Source: Candidatus Thorarchaeota archaeon
Lineage (GTDB): Archaea > Asgardarchaeota > Heimdallarchaeia > Hodarchaeales > Hodarchaeaceae
Direction of reading: 5' to 3'
Assembly (NCBI GenBank): GCA_048882505.1
Contig: JBHLRO010000010.1
Span: 30,001-62,000, forward strand
Length of the DNA stretch: 32,000 nucleotides
The position numbers were made by a program, and so were the translations under genes. The notes under the pieces were generated by a model. That model did no database searches and was not told the origin of the DNA. It worked only from the letters and a program-made list of their open reading frames with translations. Every line of letters begins with the position of its first letter. The first letter of the stretch is position 1. Shown piece by piece: positions 26,659-32,000 of this stretch.

Positions 26659-27084
26659 CTATGAGATTCGTTTTTCGATTTCTTTAGCAATATCAGCGAG
26701 ATTAAAGGTTGATATAAGAGTAGAATAGCAACCACGAAGACCCGAAGCTAGTTTTGGGGATAACGGGTGTGTGAAATCGCATCACCACTCGGATCAATAG
26801 ACCATACCAAATTTACCGTTAACATGAACCCTCAAAGGGCGTTTTCCATTCGTATTGCATGTTTTCCAAAGAATTTATTCATCTGGCCAAAATATCGCAT
26901 TAGGTACATACAAAACGTACATAATGATAAAAAGGAGTAGGGGAATTGTTGTTGAATACATGCCGATCAATATCAGAATGTGTAGTCCGTCGGCAAAAGC
27001 TAATGAGCATTTCTCATCATATTTATCGTATAACAACAGCATAATTGCTGATAAAGACCTTTCATTGGATCTCCAGGGCCCCAC
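26659..27084 (-). pseudogene. Possible decayed membrane-protein gene
   Basis: GTG 27084 ORF with a hydrophobic segment stops at 26875. The same frame continues through two TGA codons to a protein-like tail (SPKLASGLRGCYSTLISTFNLADIAKEIEKRIS, TAG 26659). No family recognised. Confidence 0.25.
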
Positions 27085-27239
27085 TTACCAACACCTGGAT
27101 TCAGAAGGTTGAAAGACCTTTTCTGGTGCTATTTGTATATCCTGAATCAATATGACGGGATTTTAAATAGAGCATGTATCGCAATGATAGCCCGAACTGG
27201 GGAAGAGCGAATAAGAAGTCCAGAAACAACCAGACCCTT

Positions 27240-28691
27240 ATGAAGTTACTCTTGGTAGAAAGTCCCAAAACCTTTTGGTTTATTATGCAGGACTATTTAC
27301 CGCCGCCATACAACATTTTACTATTGGCAGCTGTCGTTGAACAGCGGCTTCCAGATGTGGATGTCAAGGTTATTGATTGTCAAGCGGAGGGATTGGATTG
27401 GTTTGGATTAGAAGAACGCATCAGAGCAGAAAGGCCCGATATAGTAGGAACTGGGAGCCATGCTACCACCAATGTCTACAAGACCGTTCGTACCTGCGAT
27501 CTCGCAAAAAGGATTGATCCCAATATCATTACAATTGCAGGTGGCTCCCATTTTACCGCTCTAGATGAAAGTACTCTCCGAGAATATCCGGTTATTGATG
27601 TGATCATACGTTATGAGGGGGAACGAGCTCTTATAGAGTTATTACGGCATTTTATGCAGTATGGACTTTCTAAACAGGGACTAAACCAAATCCGCGGTAT
27701 TTCTTTCCTTGATGATGGAGTATTTAAACGCACTGCAGATTGGCCTCCAATGATAGGGGAAGAGCTTGACCGCTTGCCCTACCCTGCTTATCACCTAGTT
27801 CCAGATATGTCTAAATACCATTTCCAAATGATGAGCGATAATCCTTATGTCATTTTGGAAGGCTCCCGAGGCTGCAACCAGCAATGTACCTTCTGCTCCC
27901 AGAATGTGTTTTATCGCCACCAATGGCATACTAAATCTCCCCAACGTGTTGTAGATGAGATGGAGTGGCTTTATGACACGTTTAACAGTCGGTTCTTTTG
28001 GTTTACAGATGATAATTTCTGTATGGGTCGTCCCAAATTAATAAATGCTTTGTGCAAGGAATTGATGGAGAGAGGTCTCACAGGCGACACGATCGAGTGG
28101 TTTGCCCAGTTACGTGTAGATAGCATACTAAGACTGAATTCAGGTTTACAAGCCATGAATCGAGCGGGTAACTATTGGCAACTCGTTGGCGCAGAATCTC
28201 CCTTCAAAGAGGTACTCGATTATTACAAAAAAGGGATTGATGGGCAGCAGACGGTTGAAGCAATCCGTTTTCTAAAGAAATACAATATTTTGGCTCAGTT
28301 GATGCTGATCATTGGCCACGAAAGGGAGACACGTAAGACTATTCGCCAGACAATGCGTTGGGCTACCGATGTAGTTAAACCAGATTTTATTATCACCATG
28401 ATACTAACACCTTATCCAGGAACCCCTTTGTATGAAGAGTTGTTGATCAAAGGACGTATTATTGACAGGAATTGGACTAATTACGATATGATTCATGCTG
28501 TCGCAGATATGGAATATCTTAGCGCCAAAGATTTGCAGGAAGAGCTATACAAGGCCTATCGTCATGTATACGACAGCTGGAGAAGAAGATTGACTGGGAT
28601 CTTTGCCAGAAATAAGTACAAGCGGCGGATCTATTGGCGTTATATGCAGGCTGGTGTTGTGGGTCAGTTACGCCGACTAATCCCTTATTAG
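27240..28691 (+). CDS. Cobalamin-binding radical SAM protein (class B methylase / BchE-like)
   Basis: N-terminal B12 domain (PPPYNILLLAA, PDIVG, IAGGSHFT, YEGE), GSRGCNQQCTFC (CxxxCxxC), FTDDNF, GAES, LTPYPGTPLY. Start ATG 27240 (MKLLLVE); the track start is 27174. Confidence 0.93.
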   Translation: MKLLLVESPKTFWFIMQDYLPPPYNILLLAAVVEQRLPDVDVKVIDCQAEGLDWFGLEERIRAERPDIVGTGSHATTNVYKTVRTCDLAKRIDPNIITIAGGSHFTALDESTLREYPVIDVIIRYEGERALIELLRHFMQYGLSKQGLNQIRGISFLDDGVFKRTADWPPMIGEELDRLPYPAYHLVPDMSKYHFQMMSDNPYVILEGSRGCNQQCTFCSQNVFYRHQWHTKSPQRVVDEMEWLYDTFNSRFFWFTDDNFCMGRPKLINALCKELMERGLTGDTIEWFAQLRVDSILRLNSGLQAMNRAGNYWQLVGAESPFKEVLDYYKKGIDGQQTVEAIRFLKKYNILAQLMLIIGHERETRKTIRQTMRWATDVVKPDFIITMILTPYPGTPLYEELLIKGRIIDRNWTNYDMIHAVADMEYLSAKDLQEELYKAYRHVYDSWRRRLTGIFARNKYKRRIYWRYMQAGVVGQLRRLIPY

Positions 28692-28844
28692 AAGCTGTCG
28701 ATTTATTTAGGATTACTTTGCGGCCTTTTGTTGAATATAGAGTGAGATGATCGAAATCACGAGAAACAGCTGTAAATCGGTCATAAAATTATTGAAAAAT
28801 CACACTGATTCCATAAGAATTGAGTAACTAATTGAGGTTTAGGC

Positions 28845-29645
28845 ATGCAGATCCGCAATCACGAATATGATATTGAGAAACAGGCCAGTATTGAAACCAT
28901 TTTTGCCCATCGGACGATACGTCGGTTTCGGAGTGGTGCCACCATACCCTTTGACCATCAGGAGACGATTGAACGTGCAGCTCAACGAGCAGCAAGCAGC
29001 TGTTCGGGACAGATGTATTCTTTCGTTGAAATCACTGAGATTAAACTACGAACCGCGTTATACGAGGTTTGCGGAAATCAGACCATGATCCGTGATGCTT
29101 CAATATTTTATGTGGTTGCAGCCGATCTAAAACGATTGGATACATTAGTAGCGGCGGCGGGGGGGCAGTGCCACCTCGGGCCAATTAGTGGATCATTGAT
29201 CGCTGCTTGTGACGCCTCATTTGCAGCTCAGAACTTGGTTCTTGCAGCTGAGGCCTTAGGATATGGAACCGCGTATATAGGGACGTGCGGAGATAGATGT
29301 CGAGAGGTTAGTGGCCTTCTTGAGCTTCCTGAGCGAGTGATCCCTCTTTATGGATTGGCCATAGGTGTTCCCGAAGAAAATCCACCTCTTAGGCCCAGAT
29401 TGAGTAATGCTGCGGTTTTCCATCGAAATAAGTATGAATTACTCTCTAATCAACAATTGGAATCAGAAATCCGGCATATGTCAACCGAATTGGAGAATGA
29501 AGGGTACTATCGAAAGTACACGCGTAGAGAACCTAATTATACCTGGAAAGATCATCTTCGCCAGAAATTCGGAGGGATATGGCTGCAAGACGTCGAAAAA
29601 CAGAGAGCTGAAGTCGTGAAATACCGGATGCAAAATATAGATTAG
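28845..29645 (+). CDS. NfsA/Frp-type FMN-dependent nitroreductase
   Basis: IFAHRTIRRF, AAQRAASS..GQ.YSF, ADLKR, AAQNLVLAAEALGYGTAYIG, PLYGLAIGVP, RPRL....FHRNKY. Confidence 0.9.
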   Translation: MQIRNHEYDIEKQASIETIFAHRTIRRFRSGATIPFDHQETIERAAQRAASSCSGQMYSFVEITEIKLRTALYEVCGNQTMIRDASIFYVVAADLKRLDTLVAAAGGQCHLGPISGSLIAACDASFAAQNLVLAAEALGYGTAYIGTCGDRCREVSGLLELPERVIPLYGLAIGVPEENPPLRPRLSNAAVFHRNKYELLSNQQLESEIRHMSTELENEGYYRKYTRREPNYTWKDHLRQKFGGIWLQDVEKQRAEVVKYRMQNID

Positions 29646-29706
29646 GTCTGGTTTCGAAATCGGGATTTAAATCGAGAGTTTATCCTTGATGAAAAGATGA
29701 TTTGCC

Positions 29707-30084
29707 CTGCCTAATCACAGATTATCTGGCCAAATTCTACCATCTGGGTCCGCTGAGATTTTTGTAATTATTGCAGCTATTTTAGTTGTGATTTTCGTCC
29801 TCAGTGGATTAAGGGTTGTTAAGGAATGGGAGCGTGCTCCTGTGTTTCGGTTTGGACGATTTATTGGGCTCAAAGGGCCAGGAATATTCTGGATTTTGCC
29901 AGGAATTGACAAAATCCTAGATACGATCACATTACCAGAGAACTGTCCTGAATGCAAAACTTCACTTCATTATACGTCTGTTCCTGGGAGAGAGAACAGA
30001 ATCGAGATAGGATGCCCATCAGGACATCATTATATTGCTAATTACGAGATCCAGGATGGATCAGTTAGTATTGAACCGCTATAA
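29707..30084 (+). CDS. Membrane protein: SPFH/stomatin N-terminal fragment fused to a CxxC-x19-C-x3-H domain; start uncertain
   Basis: Frame is open from 29701: ...SAEIFVIIAAILVVIFVLSGLRVVKEWERAPVFRFGRFIGLKGPGIFWILPGIDK (stomatin-like), then ENCPECKTSLH...IEIGCPSGHH. The track GTG 29788 falls inside the TM; CTG 29707 is used provisionally. Confidence 0.65.
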   Translation: MPNHRLSGQILPSGSAEIFVIIAAILVVIFVLSGLRVVKEWERAPVFRFGRFIGLKGPGIFWILPGIDKILDTITLPENCPECKTSLHYTSVPGRENRIEIGCPSGHHYIANYEIQDGSVSIEPL

Positions 30085-30113
30085 CCGAATCAGATGACAA
30101 AAGAGGTTTTTAC

Positions 30114-32000
30114 ATGAAAATTGGAGATAAAGAAGTAGTCCTTCAAGGGATAAAAGGATCGATCCGAGTCAAGCGAATAAAGGGCGGAATCCCCCACATT
30201 GATGCTGACCACGAGCTTGATCTTCACTACGGACTTGGGTATCTTCATGGAACAGATCGTCAACTGTATATGTGGCTTCTAAAGCTAATCGGTACAGGAA
30301 CTGCCTCCGAAAAGCTGCGCGCAGATGAGGATTTAATTGAGGCAGACAAGTTTCTCCGCTGGATTAATCTTGCTGGGGGACTTGAAAAAGAAAGCTCGCA
30401 GCTTTCACCTGGTGATACTGCCGCCCTAGAGGCTTATTGTAAAGGAATCAATGATGCAACGGAGGGAAGAAGGCCGTTTGAGTTTAGGTTGGTGAGATAT
30501 AAACCTGATGCTTGGACAGTCCAGGATTCAATGCTGCTGGGCCGAATGGTGGGCTATATCGGACTAACACAGTCACAGGGAGAGGTTGGTAAGTTTATCA
30601 TCCAAATGATACAAAACGAGATCGATTCTGATAAGATAAAGGAATTATTTCCGGCTATTTCAGAAGAAATCTCGCCTGATCTTATTTCAATCCTCAAAAA
30701 GACCAATATTGCCTATCCGATGATAAATCAGAGTCTCAAAACCTTCTCTATGCTTCCATCTGCCGCTTCTAGTAACAATTGGGCCCTTTCCCCATCCAAA
30801 TCCGCTTCTGGAAAGGCCATATTATGCGGAGATCCCCATCTTGAGCTTAGATTACCCTCTGTTTGGTATACTACTATTTTAAAGTCGAAGGATTACTTTG
30901 CGATGGGAGCAAGTTTACCTGGTGTACCGGGCATTATTTGCGGCCGAAATCCTTGGGTTGCATGGTCACCAACCTATGCTCCCATGAACATGATTGACTA
31001 TTTCATAGAGGAAGTTAAAGAGGGAAAATATCGTCGAGGAAATACCTGGGTTCCTTTCACCATCCGTGAGGAGACAATTCGCCCAAAGAAGAAATCACCT
31101 ATTACCCTAAAGATATATGAGAATGACCAAGGGATTATTGAGGGCGAACCAACTGGGGATGGCTATTATCTTAACTATGCCTGGGCGAGTCGAGCAGGAA
31201 CTATCGTAGAGTCCATTACAAACCTCCTTAAGATCCAAAAAGCCCAGAATGTAAAAGAAGCAATGGATTGCTTCGCTGGCTTTAAATTCTCACCGTTTTA
31301 TTGGGTAATGGCCGACCGGGGGAATATCGGGTTTCAAACAAGCGGGTTATTTCCACAAAAGGCTGAAAACTCCTCAGGACTACTTCCATATTATGGGTGG
31401 GACGAACATCACCATTGGAGGGGGATGATCGATCCACGGAAATATCCCCAGGCATATAATCCTGAAGAAGGATTTTTCACAACAGCCAATCAATCCTTAA
31501 ATCATCTAGGAGTACCAATTACAACTAACTCCCAATCAAGTTATCGCGCTGATCGAATTACTTCCCTATTATCTCAGGACAAAAAATTCACCGTTGCTGA
31601 TATGAAAAAAATGCACTACGATTATTACTCCCTCCAAGCTGAAAAATTCATGGAAATAATTCGACCTCTTCTTCCTGCAACCGCAAATGGAGATATTTTA
31701 AGGGAGTGGGATTTATGTTATGACCCTGCTTCTCTAGGAGCAACCTTGTTTGAACAAATTTACCACGAATTGCTTATGCTCGTGTTTGGAGATAACGGGT
31801 TGGGAAGGGACACTGTACAATCGATTATTGACGAAGTTCTACTTGCAGAATTCCATGGACACTTTGATGCGGTTCTACTGAAAAAAGAGTCAACATGGTT
31901 CGGTGGAAGGAGCCAAGAGAATATTTACAGAGCAGCGATTGAACGAGGGTTACAAGGAGAGGCGAAACCTTATGGAAAAACGCATAAGATCGTAGCCACC
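30114..32000 (+). CDS. Penicillin acylase family (Ntn-hydrolase) protein, 3'-truncated by the window edge
   Basis: Not in the ORF track. From ATG 30114 (GAGGT upstream): GIPHIDA...GLGYLHGTDR...SNNW (nucleophile Ser at 30771)...GDPHLELRLPSVWY...GASLPGVP...GNIGFQ...NPEEGFFTTANQ...YRADRI. No signal peptide. Confidence 0.95.
   Translation, partial: MKIGDKEVVLQGIKGSIRVKRIKGGIPHIDADHELDLHYGLGYLHGTDRQLYMWLLKLIGTGTASEKLRADEDLIEADKFLRWINLAGGLEKESSQLSPGDTAALEAYCKGINDATEGRRPFEFRLVRYKPDAWTVQDSMLLGRMVGYIGLTQSQGEVGKFIIQMIQNEIDSDKIKELFPAISEEISPDLISILKKTNIAYPMINQSLKTFSMLPSAASSNNWALSPSKSASGKAILCGDPHLELRLPSVWYTTILKSKDYFAMGASLPGVPGIICGRNPWVAWSPTYAPMNMIDYFIEEVKEGKYRRGNTWVPFTIREETIRPKKKSPITLKIYENDQGIIEGEPTGDGYYLNYAWASRAGTIVESITNLLKIQKAQNVKEAMDCFAGFKFSPFYWVMADRGNIGFQTSGLFPQKAENSSGLLPYYGWDEHHHWRGMIDPRKYPQAYNPEEGFFTTANQSLNHLGVPITTNSQSSYRADRITSLLSQDKKFTVADMKKMHYDYYSLQAEKFMEIIRPLLPATANGDILREWDLCYDPASLGATLFEQIYHELLMLVFGDNGLGRDTVQSIIDEVLLAEFHGHFDAVLLKKESTWFGGRSQENIYRAAIERGLQGEAKPYGKTHKIVAT

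Noticed and set aside
29715-29957. ORF 29715-29957 (-) and other antisense track ORFs within tldD, pmbA, arsM, arcC, PH, MTase and radical SAM genes
   Set aside because: Antisense or alternate-frame shadows of strongly supported genes.
9314-32000. A RiPP cluster built from TldDE, transglutaminase, B12 radical SAM, nitroreductase and acylase
   Set aside because: The genes are scattered over 20 kb in different transcription units; the nitroreductase is NfsA-like rather than SagB/McbC-like; no YcaO, RRE or convincing precursor.

Overview
Archaeal chromosomal window, most likely from an Asgard (Heimdallarchaeia/Hodarchaeales-like) genome. That assignment is an inference from the HMf-type histone, group II chaperonins, GGAGG/GGTGA ribosome-binding sites, TTTAAAA-type TATA boxes, an LRR-only protein and several C-terminally anchored surface proteins. 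Left to right: two tandem thermosome genes; a histone; a minus-strand run of peroxiredoxin, surface PLD/lamin-tail protein, small ORF and an N6-adenine methyltransferase with no nuclease partner; tldD-pmbA; a divergent arsM / Cys-rich TrmB pair; carbamate kinase; an HTH regulator with two bPH_2 membrane proteins; two secreted anchored proteins; aldo/keto reductase; DUF4332; DUF123 GIY-YIG; LRR plus transglutaminase-like; LigB-like dioxygenase plus saccharopine dehydrogenase-like; a 53-aa Fe-S mini-protein missed by the ORF track; B12 radical SAM; NfsA-like nitroreductase; an SPFH-N/Zn-finger chimera; and a penicillin acylase-family gene running off the end. I saw no rRNA, tRNA, CRISPR array or transposase. 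Strongest leads: (1) a stand-alone RPC39/C34/TFE-beta-type C-x2-C-x5-C-x10-C mini-protein; (2) two genes that appear to start at AUA codons overlapping the upstream stop, each with a GGAGG 8-9 nt upstream; (3) a TrmB regulator with an ArsR-like Cys-Cys tail facing arsM; (4) a stomatin N-terminus fused to a Zn-finger-like domain. All family calls come from motif recognition by eye, without database searches.
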